A stretch of DNA of 64,000 nt from NCBI GenBank assembly GCA_043767025.1, contig JAYUHK010000161.1, positions 54,502 through 118,501 on the forward strand. The letters are read 5' to 3'. Shown here piece by piece: positions 36,252 to 46,265 of the stretch. The first letter of the stretch is position 1; every line of letters begins with the position of its first letter. The notes beneath the pieces were generated by a model. It saw only the letters and a list, made by a program, of their open reading frames with translations. It was not told where the DNA came from and searched no databases. The position numbers and the translations under genes were made by a program. Source of the DNA: Saprospiraceae bacterium. Lineage in GTDB: Bacteria; Bacteroidota; Bacteroidia; Chitinophagales; Saprospiraceae.

Positions 36252-38927
36252 CTACAAAAAGCTTTTGACCGATGAAAGGGCTTTGTCCAAGCTGCCAGTG
36301 TCTTGTCCGCCTGCCGTCGCGAATTGCGCTTGTCCGCCACCGCCGCCGTTGATGATTTTGGAAAGTTCTTTGATGAGGTTGCCTGCACTCAAATTGCGCT
36401 CTTTTACAAGATTTTCGCTTATTTGTACGCTCAACTGTGGCTTTCCGTTGCTGATATTTCCGAATGCAAGGACGCAGTTTCCGACTTCTTTTTCAATGCC
36501 GTTCATCAAATTTTTGATTGATTTGAGGTCGTCCAATTCTACTTTTGCGACCAATAAATTAAAGCCATCGAAGGTTTCTATTTTTGAAACTAAACCTATT
36601 TTCAAGCCATTGGCAATTTGATTTTTTGCTGCCTCCAATTCTTTTTCGGTTTTACTTTTACTTTCAAAGAGGTCAGCTACTTTCTTTGCTGTGTCTTTTC
36701 TATTCTTAAAAATTTCTCTAATCGCCTCTAATTCAGCAAGTTCCGAATTCAAATAGCCTTCAGCTACCGCATCGGTCAAAACTTCTACCCGACGAACTCC
36801 TGCCGTCACCGAGCCTTCCGAAACGATTTTGCACAAACCGATTTCGCCCGTAGCCGCAACGTGCGTGCCGCCGCAAAGCTCAATACTGAAATTTTTATCG
36901 TAAGTAATTACGCGCACCGTTTCGCCATATTTTTCTCCGAAAAGCATAATTGCGCCCGTTTTTTGAGCGTCAGCGATATGCATATTGCGTACTTCTTCCA
37001 ACAGAATATTTTCTCTAATTCGTTGATTGATTATACTTTCTATTTGAGAAAGTTCTTCTTTTGTCACTGCGTTGAAATGCGCGAAGTCAAAACGCAAACG
37101 ATTTTCATCTATGCTCTGACCTTTTTGCAAAGCGTGTTTTCCCAACACTTGATGCAATGCCGCATGAAGCAAATGCCCAACCGAGTGATTTTTTGAAATC
37201 AAACCACGGCGTTTTTCATTCACTTGTGCATCAATAATCACATTTTTGTCAATCCACGAAGGCAATTTATCCACCACATGAATAATCAAATCGTTTTCTT
37301 TCTTCGTATCCAACACTTCGATGCGCTCCACGATTGTTGTTTCATCTTCTTTGGAGAGGGTTAGGGTGAGGTGTCCGCTATCGCCAACTTGTCCGCCGCT
37401 TTCTGCATAAAATGGCGTGCGGCTCAGCACAATCTGATAATTTGTACCTTTTTTATCTTCGACCGTTCTGTATTTCAAAACCTTTGCGTTGCCAACTTGC
37501 AGTTGGTCGTAACCTACAAACTCAACGCGTTCCTCTCCCGACCCCTCCAAAGGAGGGGAAGACGGGACAAACCAATCGCCAACTTGTTTGGCAGCGTCTT
37601 TTTGAGAACGCTTTTTCTGCTCATCAAGTGCTTTTTTGAAGCCAACTTCATCAACCGAAAAACCTTTTTCGCGAGCGATAAGTTCTGTCAAATCTATCGG
37701 AAAACCGTAAGTGTCCAACAATTCAAAAGCATCGGTTCCTGTGATTTGTCCGTTTGTAGGCGTGATGTTTTCCAAACGTTTTAGACCATTTTCCAACGTC
37801 CGTAAAAATGATTTTTCTTCTTCCAAAATCACTTTTTGAACAAAATCTTGTTGTGCTTTCAACTCTGGAAAAACGTCTGCAAATTCACTCGACAAAATCG
37901 GAACAAGCGTATTGAAAAACGGCTCTTTGATGTCCAAAAACGAGTAAGAATAACGCACCGCACGGCGCAAAATGCGGCGAATAACGTAACCTGCACCGCC
38001 AGAAGCGGGCAACTGACCGTCTGCAATCGTGAACGCTACGGCACGAATATGATCCGCCACAACGCGCATCGCAACGTCTGTCATCGCGGTTCGCTCGTAG
38101 CTTCCTGTGTATTTTTTACCTGATTTTTTTTCAATATACGTCAAAAGTGGCGTAAAAACGTCCGTATCGTAGGTGTATTTTTTGCCCTGCAAAACCATAC
38201 ACAAACGCTCAAATCCCATACCCGTGTCCACGTGTTGCGCGGGCAAAACGACCAACGAAGCATCGGCTTTGCGCTCAAATTGCATAAAGACATTGTTCCA
38301 AATCTCGACCACTTGCGGGTCGTCTTTATTCACCAATTCTTCTCCCGCGATGATGGCGCGTTCTTCATCGCTGCGGAAATCGTAGTGAATTTCGGAACAC
38401 GGACCGCACGGACCTTGTGCGCCCATTTCCCAAAAATTATCTTTTTTGGAGCCATTAATTATTTGATTGTCGGGCAGATATTTACGCCAAAAATTACGCG
38501 CTTCTTCATCGCTTGCCAAGCCGTCTTTTTCGTCGCCCCCAAAAACGGTAGCATACAAACGGTCTTTTTTTAAGCCCAATTTATCGTGCAACAATTCCCA
38601 AGACCAAGCGATTGCATCTTCTTTGAAATAGTCGCCAAACGACCAATTGCCCAACATTTCAAACATCGTATGATGCGTTCCATCGAAACCAACGTCTTCC
38701 AAATCGTTGTGTTTTCCGCTTACGCGAAGGCATTTTTGTGTGTCGGCGATGCGCACCGCGGGCGGCGTTCCGTTGCCCAAAAAATAATCTTTGAACTGCA
38801 CCATACCCGAGTTGGTGAACATCAAAGTTGGGTCATTTTTGAGAACCAGCGGCGCAGAGGGTACGATTTTATGTTGTTTGCTCTCGAAAAAATCGAGGAA
38901 TGCACGGCGTATTTCGTGAGAAGTCAT
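36252..38927 (-). CDS. alaS: Alanine--tRNA ligase
   Basis: 891 aa. The N-terminus FLDFFESKQHKIVPSAPLV is canonical, the editing domain has HSVGHLLHAAL...CGGTHV, and a C-terminal DHHA1-like region is present. Confidence 0.95.
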   Translation of the reverse strand: MTSHEIRRAFLDFFESKQHKIVPSAPLVLKNDPTLMFTNSGMVQFKDYFLGNGTPPAVRIADTQKCLRVSGKHNDLEDVGFDGTHHTMFEMLGNWSFGDYFKEDAIAWSWELLHDKLGLKKDRLYATVFGGDEKDGLASDEEARNFWRKYLPDNQIINGSKKDNFWEMGAQGPCGPCSEIHYDFRSDEERAIIAGEELVNKDDPQVVEIWNNVFMQFERKADASLVVLPAQHVDTGMGFERLCMVLQGKKYTYDTDVFTPLLTYIEKKSGKKYTGSYERTAMTDVAMRVVADHIRAVAFTIADGQLPASGGAGYVIRRILRRAVRYSYSFLDIKEPFFNTLVPILSSEFADVFPELKAQQDFVQKVILEEEKSFLRTLENGLKRLENITPTNGQITGTDAFELLDTYGFPIDLTELIAREKGFSVDEVGFKKALDEQKKRSQKDAAKQVGDWFVPSSPPLEGSGEERVEFVGYDQLQVGNAKVLKYRTVEDKKGTNYQIVLSRTPFYAESGGQVGDSGHLTLTLSKEDETTIVERIEVLDTKKENDLIIHVVDKLPSWIDKNVIIDAQVNEKRRGLISKNHSVGHLLHAALHQVLGKHALQKGQSIDENRLRFDFAHFNAVTKEELSQIESIINQRIRENILLEEVRNMHIADAQKTGAIMLFGEKYGETVRVITYDKNFSIELCGGTHVAATGEIGLCKIVSEGSVTAGVRRVEVLTDAVAEGYLNSELAELEAIREIFKNRKDTAKKVADLFESKSKTEKELEAAKNQIANGLKIGLVSKIETFDGFNLLVAKVELDDLKSIKNLMNGIEKEVGNCVLAFGNISNGKPQLSVQISENLVKERNLSAGNLIKELSKIINGGGGGQAQFATAGGQDTGSLDKALSSVKSFL

Positions 38928-39471
38928 AAAATATGATGATTGTAAGAACGATTTTTATGTGTAAAAAAACCAAGTCGCAAAAGTACGTTTTTTTGTTGTG
39001 CTGTGCAAAAATGAATGGGAGTAATTTTTTGGAGAGTGGCAAAAAAAGGGGTTTGCACACAGATTTTTTATAAATTATAAAAATAAAAATTTGTTTTATT
39101 TTTTAAAACAAAATGTGGTTTTTGTTAAAATTTTACAGCAATAAATTTTATTATAAAGTATATTTATATCGTTGATTATCAGTTATTTATCAAAAATATT
39201 TAAAATTACTTCAAAAAAATAGTGGTCTGATTACATAGATTTTATTAAGATATGAAAAAAAAATATTTACATCTAAAACAAAAAAAATAAAAATTTGGAG
39301 AGATTTTTGGACAAAAGTTTGGATATTCCAATAGTAATTTTCATTTTTACGGTCGGAATAGATGTAACGCCCCTAGCTTACTATGTTTGTAGTTATAAAT
39401 CCTTTTAAAAGACACCCTAATGTTGGGGTGCGGGAATCGTATTTTTAACTACCTAAACAAAACACAGCTTT

Positions 39472-40470
39472 ATGATTAAAATATTTAAACGCAAAGAAAA
39501 ATTCGTATTCAATACGCACACACTCACTTACGAGCGCGTAGTGATGTCGCTGAAAGATAGAATTTTCAAACTATTTAGTTTCTTTTCTGCATCGTTGGTA
39601 GCAGCTATTTTGTTGCTTACTTTGGTGTACCGCTTTTTTCCTTCTCCGAGGGAAGGACAACTCCTGCGCGAAATCGAGCAAATGCAATATAAGTATTCTT
39701 CGCTGAACGGTCAGATGGAGGATATGTCCAAGGTGTTGCAGAATGTTCAAGACCGCGATGCTGGAGTTCACAGAATGATGTTTGGTATGGAGCCGATTGA
39801 TAAAGCGGTCTGGAATGGAGGTGTGGGCGGTCACAACAAATACAAAGACCTTTTTGATTTTAGCAACACGGGAAGTGTGATAGCTGCGTCGCTCGAAAAA
39901 GCAGAAAGATTACAGCGTCAGTTGGTGCTGCAATCCAAGTCGCTCGATACGATTCAGATGTTGGCGAAGGAAAAAGAAAATATGTTCGCTTCTATTCCCT
40001 CTATCAAACCTATTCGGGAGGATAAACTGAACCGCTCCATGACGCTGCTTTCGGGCTTCGGAATGCGCCTTCACCCAATCCATAAGGTGACTAAAATGCA
40101 CACGGGTATTGATTTTTCTTCTCCGCAAGGCACGGCGATACAAGCTACCGGCGACGGACGTGTAGTAAAAGTAGAACACGCGGGCAACGGATATGGCAAC
40201 AATGTCATTATTTCGCACGGCTACGGCTACGAAACTTTGTACGGTCACATGGCGCGCATGGACGTGCAGGTGGGCGATAAGATAAAAAAAGGACAAAAAA
40301 TTGGCATCGTCGGCAGCACGGGTTCTTCTACTGCGCCGCACTGTCACTACGAAGTTCGCTACAAGGGAGTTCCCGTCAATCCGGTACATTTTTGTTTGGA
40401 CGGCTTGAATCCCAACGAATATCAGCAGATGACCAACGCCGCGAACTCCGTCAATCAATCGTTTGACTAA
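39472..40470 (+). CDS. M23 family metallopeptidase
   Basis: 332 aa with an N-terminal TM helix, a coiled-coil region, and the LytM motifs HTGIDF...G.V...GYGN...HGYGYETLYGHM...GSTGSSTAPHCHYEV. Confidence 0.85.
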   Translation: MIKIFKRKEKFVFNTHTLTYERVVMSLKDRIFKLFSFFSASLVAAILLLTLVYRFFPSPREGQLLREIEQMQYKYSSLNGQMEDMSKVLQNVQDRDAGVHRMMFGMEPIDKAVWNGGVGGHNKYKDLFDFSNTGSVIAASLEKAERLQRQLVLQSKSLDTIQMLAKEKENMFASIPSIKPIREDKLNRSMTLLSGFGMRLHPIHKVTKMHTGIDFSSPQGTAIQATGDGRVVKVEHAGNGYGNNVIISHGYGYETLYGHMARMDVQVGDKIKKGQKIGIVGSTGSSTAPHCHYEVRYKGVPVNPVHFCLDGLNPNEYQQMTNAANSVNQSFD

Positions 40471-40502
40471 AAAATTTCTACATAGAAATCCACCTATATT
40501 TA

Positions 40503-40539
40503 AGCGTCATTCGTTCAGTCGAGTGACGCTTTCTTTTTT
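40503..40539 (+). terminator. Rho-independent terminator of the M23 peptidase gene (abuts the stop of the convergent gene)
   Basis: An 11-bp stem (agcgtcattcg / cgagtgacgct, one G-U pair) with a 6-nt loop is followed by ttctttttt. Confidence 0.7.
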
Positions 40540-40936
40540 AGGAAGGCTCTGCGTCGGGAGTCAGATTATCGCCCGATACTTCCATTCGAGCCGTCCGCAC
40601 GACCATTATCTCTTGGGTAGAAAATTCCATCCACGCAAATTCGTACACATAATGGTAGGTTTTGCCTTGTGAGTTGAGGTAAAAACCGGTGATAAAGTCA
40701 AAGTTAAAATTTTTTTTGACTAAATCTACGCGACTAATTTTTAGTTGGAGCAGACTTTTCCCCATCAGCACCATCAGGATTCTGTGGTTGCGGTGTAGGA
40801 TTTTATCTACTTTGTGCGTATAATTTTCGCTGGCTTTCGCCAACTTGAGGTGAAAAGTATTTTTGCAGCTCACGGAGCAGAATTTTTTATCCGCCCGCCC
40901 TTTGAAAATCGTTTTGCAGATAACGCAGCGTCCCAT
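40538..40936 (-). CDS. Small hypothetical protein with an N-terminal zinc-ribbon-like CxxC...CxxxC motif
   Basis: 132 aa starting MGRCVICKTIFKGRADKKFCSVSCKNTFH. I could not identify a family by eye. Confidence 0.5.
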   Translation of the reverse strand: MGRCVICKTIFKGRADKKFCSVSCKNTFHLKLAKASENYTHKVDKILHRNHRILMVLMGKSLLQLKISRVDLVKKNFNFDFITGFYLNSQGKTYHYVYEFAWMEFSTQEIMVVRTARMEVSGDNLTPDAEPS

Positions 40937-41175
40937 AACGAGTAGTTTTTAGTAGTGAGTTTTTAGTGTCATGTGTCATGTCCTGATATAGCTTTGCACA
41001 AACTATATTCCTAAATTGACAACAGCTTTAGCTGTTGAGTAAAAAAAGGTGGTGTATTGGCTTTAGCCCAATATTTGCCAAGAGCGATTTATTTAGGCTG
41101 AAGCCAATACCAATTATTATCCATTATCCGACAGCTAATGCAGTCGGCTTTTAATGAAAAATAAATATGTTCAGA

Positions 41176-41282
41176 TAAGCAGTTATAAGTTTTTAGTTTT
41201 TAATTTTTAGTAATCATAAACTATTGAAAACCAACGAATTATGTCAAATATTAGCTGTCATCTATTTAAGTGTAAGAACTTA
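41176..41282 (-). repeat. Repeat family A, copy A3 (inverted orientation)
   Basis: The reverse complement aligns end to end with A1 and A2, with a few substitutions. Confidence 0.85.
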
Positions 41283-41895
41283 CTTAAAAACACTTTAGTC
41301 AAAGGCAATTTTACTTCCGCCGTTGGAGCGAGAAGCGTTAGCTGGAGCAAAAATACAAAAAATAAATATTTTAACGGTTAATAATCAATATTAACCGTTA
41401 GCAGATAGTTAAGTTGCTTATTGTACTGATTTTCAACGAAATAAATTTGGTTGATTGTATTTTATACTTCTATATTTGTGAAATATTTTAAAACTCAATA
41501 ACTGTATTATGAAAAATAATTCCGACATCACACTCGTCAGCCTCGTGAATTTGGACGGCAATGCGCTGATGAAAATAAAATGCGGTGCCAGCAGCATGGC
41601 ACAGCAACGGTTGGCAAAATATCCGCTCGCCAAATTTCAGACCTGCGAAAAAATTTGGCTGATGCGATATTCGATTTCTCACTTGCGACTTCTTCGAGAG
41701 TGGAGTGGGGCAGTGCTGCGGGTGCAAGATATTCAGACAGTCCAAAACGATAGACAACCGCAAGGCGAAGCTGAAAAGTCAAAAATGAATTAACTTTTTT
41801 TGGGGACTTGGGTAGATTGTAAGGGGTTTTATAACTTTTTAGCTTCGAGTGTTGTCAACACTTCCCAAACAAATTATCCATTTTTATGCCAAACT

Positions 41896-42011
41896 CAACC
41901 AACCATTGAGTTATTTTTCGTTACAACGCTCTGCGTTGCACTTCAAAAATGCTCTGTTTTTGATTGAATTTATTTAAAAAAATTGAATACTTTATTTTCT
42001 TTATTCTCCAA
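41896..42011 (-). repeat. Repeat family B, copy B3 (inverted orientation, lacks the distal ~45 bp)
   Basis: The reverse complement aligns with the first ~115 bp of B1 and B2 and includes the hairpin CAACGC-AGA-GCGTTG. It lies about 125 nt downstream of the stop of the 1375-aa gene, in the same orientation as that gene. Confidence 0.8.
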
Positions 42012-42137
42012 TGCAAATATAACAACATTTTTGGTAGGTTTATTTTTTGGGGCAAAAGAAAAAACCCCGCCGAATTTTCATTCGGCGAGGTTTTACTCTG
42101 GTTCATTAATCCCTTAACATTTGACAATTTTCTTTTA

Positions 42138-45100
42138 TTATTCGATGATAATCATTTTTTTAGTCGCCGTTGCGGTCGAAGTTTCCAGCTGATAGTACAA
42201 GATGTTTCCGCCTATCGGCGCAATCTCGTTGCGGTTGATACCAACTTGGTTGAAGCCTTTCGCAAACGTATTTTCTATTACTTTCAGCACTCTGCCCGAC
42301 ACGTCGAAGATGGTCAATTTGGCACTCGCGCTTTCGGGCAAGTTGAAGCCAATCATCGTAGTCGCTCTGAACGGATTGGGTTGGTTTTGATACAACTCAA
42401 ACCCGCCATTCGCCGCCGCATTGTTGTTTCCTTTGAATTGTAGGGACAAATCTTGCAAGTCACCCGCCGTCGTGTAGGCTTCGGCAGCCGTCATTCGAGA
42501 GTTGAGTTGCACAAAATTGCTCAACGTGCCGCTCGCTTTGGCTTTGAAAACCACCGTAAATACGTTTTCGGAAGCTGTTTTGCCGTCGAAACTTGCAGTT
42601 AAGATGCCTTCGTTGAGCATAGTAAGACCAAAATTGTCTGTCTTTGCATTTTCGGAACGAATATCTACAAAGGCTAACTTGCTGTTGTCAAAATTCATCG
42701 TGAATTGATAGCCTTGCAAAGCAGCAAACTCGGTAGTCGTCACATTCATCGTCACCAATTCGCCAGCTTTAAAATTCACATCGTCGGAGAGGAATGTCGT
42801 AGTGGCATTGCTGCGCGACTCGGTAGAGCCAAGCAAATTGTTCGCTACCGCACTTCCATTGACATCGCCGATTTTGACCGCCACGAAATCCGCTTGCTTG
42901 CTGCCAGAGATACTCGTGAACGATTTTACTTCTGGAAACGCATTTTCAAACGGATTGAGCGGGTTCGGGAACTGGTACGCTGCATCTACGAACCTCCATG
43001 AACTGTTGTTGGTAAAGTTATCGGTGATGTGAAGTATCAGTTTTCGCAGCTCCACCATGTCGAAAGTCGTCACTGTGCCGCTTCTATTGATGTCTGCCGC
43101 AATGATTTTGTATGGCGACTCGAGGGGCGTAATGCCCAAGATATGTCTGCTCATCAACACCAAGTCATAGGTAGAAACTCCGTTGAGCGGGTTCATGTCT
43201 TTTTCGGGTGTGACGGTAACATTGACTCCATTCGGAATATTGTAGCCGAAGAAACCGGGCGTAGCGTTTTGGAAAAGCGGGTTCGACGCACCTGTGATGT
43301 AAGGAAACGCGTTGGAGGAATAGGTCGCTTTCACTGTCGTTTGCTCTACTTCGTGCGCCGTTTCGTCTTTCACCAAGCCAGCGATGTTGGCGGAGCCACT
43401 GCCCGGACAAGGTGCGCCCATGTTATTTTGGACGATAATGTATGTTTCGCAGTAATCCCAGTTGCCGTTTGAGTCACGCACCCAAAGTGCGAGGATATTG
43501 GTGCCGAGATTGTCGCAGGTAAAAATCAAAGTATCCGAAGCCGATGCGGGAGGTGTAAGCGTACCCGGCGTGACGGTGTTGTGCGTCAGTTTTCTTTCTG
43601 CAATCGGACCGCAGTTGTCATAACTTCCGCCGTCGAAAGCGGTAGCGTTGATGGGTACCATGCCCGTAGCAGGCATCAGATTAATCGTAAGACCGTTGAT
43701 GCAAACTGGTGTTGGTTTTTTGCAATCTTTTATCTGGACTTTGTAGCTACAAGTCCGCACATTGCCGCAGCCGTCTTCCGCCGACCAAGTGATTCGGTTG
43801 ATACCGAAAGGCAAAGCCTGTGAAAGAGAGTTACCGTTGCCCGTAAAATCAGTCGTTCCGTTATCGCCAGCATCTGCTTTCCACGAATATTTAATTCTGT
43901 TGTTTGGCGTGCAATCATCGGTAGCAGTAACTGAAAGCGTGATAGAAGACGAAGCGCAAGTATTTGGGTACTGACAAATAACAGTATCGCGGCAAAAAGT
44001 CGTAAAGTTTGGCGCAATCGTGTTCAGCACTTTGATGACCTGTGTGTAAGTATAAAATCCGGTGCTGCCCGTCACATTGGGGTCGTATTGGCACCAGTCA
44101 ATGACTGTCCACTTGCGCAATATTTTTTTGCAAGCAGGCAACTGTATCGGTAGTTCCAAATCTTCGTAGGCGGTCGCTACCAAGTCGCAACTTGTTTCTG
44201 TAAAAATCGGACGTCGCGAGCCGACTGCCAAGCTGTCGGGGTCAGTAGCCGCTCCGCAAGTAGAAACGGTAATATCTGTGGGCCACTGTATAGCAGTAGT
44301 CCCGTTGAAAGGGCGCAAATTGACGACCGAAATAGTTTGTGTGCATACAGCCGACCTGCCGCCTCTGTCCGTGACGCTGAATGTTCGGACTATCGAACCC
44401 ACGCCGCAGTTGTTAATAGTAGAAGAGAAAGTAGCTGCGATAGTAAGCTGTGCGCAGTTGTCGGTGGCGATTCCGTCTTTTCCGATATTGACGGGCGTGT
44501 TCGTTCCGTCGCCAGCGATATTTACCAAAATATCTTGGCGACTTGCTTGTGTGGAAACTACTTTACCAAAATTTTGTGCCAAATAAGCATTGGTGAGCGA
44601 AGCAGAAGCCAACTCGTAAGCACCACACTCAACCGTCACACTTGGCGGGCAAGTGATGGACGGAGCCAATTTATCTTCTGTCAATACTTGTACCATACAA
44701 GAGTTGGTGTTGCCGGCTGCATCTTTGATGCGAAGCTCTACCATAACCGTATCTTTTATGTCGCAGCAAGTGAGCGTCACAAAATCTGCGAATACTTGGT
44801 TGGCGGCAGGCACACAAGGACTTGGCAAGCGGCGAACTTTGTACTCCACTACACCACAGTTATCGTGGCTGCCTTCGTTGAAACTCAAAGCGTCAATGGT
44901 CGCTGACCCGTCTGTACCCAAAGAAACTTTCGTCACTTGGCGACATACCGGAATCGGAGCTACCTTATCAATGATTTTGACCGCATATTTACAAACTGTT
45001 TTCAGTCCGTTGCAACCGTTTTCGAAAGTCCACGTGATAGTATCTACTGTTCCCACTGGAAGGCGTTTTAGGATTACGTCTTCCGTAGGCGCGATGTTGC

Positions 45101-46265
45101 TCTTTACATTCAAATTAGCTGCATCGTGACCGAAAATTTCGGCTACTTGCGATGCAACGGACACATTGACTGGCGAATTGCAATTTGTGACAGCCGTAGG
45201 GCGTGGCAACGTCGGATTTCCCCAGCAGTTGTTGTAGTCTGCCTCCCAAGTCACGTCGGACGGTGGGCAAAACGTAATCGTCGGCGGATTATTGTCCGAT
45301 ATTTTGATTATTTGAATGTCTGTATAAACCTGACCTGTACACCAGTCGGCTATCGTCCAAGTGCGGAGGATTTTGTAGCTGGAAGGTGCGCAAACTGGAA
45401 TAACTTGGTCGCTGAAAGTTGAATTTATTTCGCAAAAACCCAACGCATTTGGATACAAACTGCCTCCGTTGATGGTCGGAACTCCTGCTCCTCCAACGCC
45501 ATCTGGACGTGGGTGACGGTAGCCGTCGGTACTCGGTACGGTTGGGAAATTAGATTCGCAAGCCAAAACGATGTCTAATGGAAAGCCGTTGGTTGCGCTT
45601 TCGACACCACTGAATGTGTCGCGGCTGAACCAAATCGTCTGTGTGCAAGAAGACACGTTTCCGTAAGCATCTGTGAAAGACCAAGTGCGAACCACTTTGT
45701 AGCTGTAGCCAGCGAAGTTGCAATCGAGGTCAGTTCTGACATCGACTTTGCTTGCTGTTACGGTGCTGCAGTCGTCTGCTATTGGATTGGCGGACGTAGG
45801 AAGGCTGGCAAGTGAATTGCTGCAGCTCAACGTTACGTCGGCGCAATTTGTGACTACAGGAGCTAATTTGTCTTCTACCTTTGCTGTACTCCAGCAAGAG
45901 TTGCCGCTCGCCAAGTGCTTGGTGGTGACGCGCAAAGTGTGTCCAATCTGCGCACTGGTGATGACTGCACTTACAGACCCGTCTGGGTTAGTTACTGTCG
46001 GAAGTAAGGTGTTGGTGTTCAAATCCAACGCCGTCACCGACATTGCGCCTGTGCAATAAGGCTGCTGGAGGAACATATCTGGCGTGAGAGTGTCACGGCA
46101 TCCGCCTGCCAAATACTGCATCGAAATCTGGACGTTTCCGTTGCAAACTAAAGTGCATTGTGCCTTCGTGGAGGCTGGACTCAACAACAGCATGACCAAT
46201 GGAATGACCAAAAGTACGAACTGTCGGAGTAAGTTTTGTGAAAAAATCGTTGTTCTCGTTGTCAT
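42138..46265 (-). CDS. Large (1375 aa) surface protein with HYR-like Ig repeats, dockerin/cohesin-like segments and a T9SS type A C-terminal sorting domain
   Basis: Has a signal peptide and repeated DK(L/V)AP...C and (S/G)(H/Y)DNCG modules. A dockerin-like segment reads ADINRSGTVTTFDMVELRKLIL. The C-terminus is NQPNPFRATTMIGFNLPESASAKLTIFDVSGRVL...YYQLETSTATATKKMIIIE. Confidence 0.8.
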   Translation of the reverse strand: MTTRTTIFSQNLLRQFVLLVIPLVMLLLSPASTKAQCTLVCNGNVQISMQYLAGGCRDTLTPDMFLQQPYCTGAMSVTALDLNTNTLLPTVTNPDGSVSAVITSAQIGHTLRVTTKHLASGNSCWSTAKVEDKLAPVVTNCADVTLSCSNSLASLPTSANPIADDCSTVTASKVDVRTDLDCNFAGYSYKVVRTWSFTDAYGNVSSCTQTIWFSRDTFSGVESATNGFPLDIVLACESNFPTVPSTDGYRHPRPDGVGGAGVPTINGGSLYPNALGFCEINSTFSDQVIPVCAPSSYKILRTWTIADWCTGQVYTDIQIIKISDNNPPTITFCPPSDVTWEADYNNCWGNPTLPRPTAVTNCNSPVNVSVASQVAEIFGHDAANLNVKSNIAPTEDVILKRLPVGTVDTITWTFENGCNGLKTVCKYAVKIIDKVAPIPVCRQVTKVSLGTDGSATIDALSFNEGSHDNCGVVEYKVRRLPSPCVPAANQVFADFVTLTCCDIKDTVMVELRIKDAAGNTNSCMVQVLTEDKLAPSITCPPSVTVECGAYELASASLTNAYLAQNFGKVVSTQASRQDILVNIAGDGTNTPVNIGKDGIATDNCAQLTIAATFSSTINNCGVGSIVRTFSVTDRGGRSAVCTQTISVVNLRPFNGTTAIQWPTDITVSTCGAATDPDSLAVGSRRPIFTETSCDLVATAYEDLELPIQLPACKKILRKWTVIDWCQYDPNVTGSTGFYTYTQVIKVLNTIAPNFTTFCRDTVICQYPNTCASSSITLSVTATDDCTPNNRIKYSWKADAGDNGTTDFTGNGNSLSQALPFGINRITWSAEDGCGNVRTCSYKVQIKDCKKPTPVCINGLTINLMPATGMVPINATAFDGGSYDNCGPIAERKLTHNTVTPGTLTPPASASDTLIFTCDNLGTNILALWVRDSNGNWDYCETYIIVQNNMGAPCPGSGSANIAGLVKDETAHEVEQTTVKATYSSNAFPYITGASNPLFQNATPGFFGYNIPNGVNVTVTPEKDMNPLNGVSTYDLVLMSRHILGITPLESPYKIIAADINRSGTVTTFDMVELRKLILHITDNFTNNSSWRFVDAAYQFPNPLNPFENAFPEVKSFTSISGSKQADFVAVKIGDVNGSAVANNLLGSTESRSNATTTFLSDDVNFKAGELVTMNVTTTEFAALQGYQFTMNFDNSKLAFVDIRSENAKTDNFGLTMLNEGILTASFDGKTASENVFTVVFKAKASGTLSNFVQLNSRMTAAEAYTTAGDLQDLSLQFKGNNNAAANGGFELYQNQPNPFRATTMIGFNLPESASAKLTIFDVSGRVLKVIENTFAKGFNQVGINRNEIAPIGGNILYYQLETSTATATKKMIIIE

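Noticed and set aside
39281-39302. A near-identical A-rich 22-23-mer, AAAAAAATAAAAATTT(T)GGAGAG, also present at 57726-57749, with a looser version near 5261-5285
   Set aside because: Most of the match is poly-A/T low complexity. The informative part (TTTGGAGAG) is short enough to recur by chance in 128 kb of two-strand sequence. Its distance to the neighbouring start codons is also inconsistent.
39910-40458. A 182-aa minus-strand ORF
   Set aside because: It is antisense to the M23 peptidase gene (HxxxD and HxH motifs are present on the plus strand).
41488-41782. Two minus-strand ORFs (91 and 81 aa) overlapping the 94-aa plus-strand ORF
   Set aside because: They have no motifs and no start-site context. 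I read their existence as a symptom of the local GC-richer composition and discuss the region as a finding instead of calling these as genes.
41921-42127. A 68-aa minus-strand ORF
   Set aside because: It lies largely within repeat copy B3. The equivalent frames are not open in B1 or B2, so it is unlikely to be coding.
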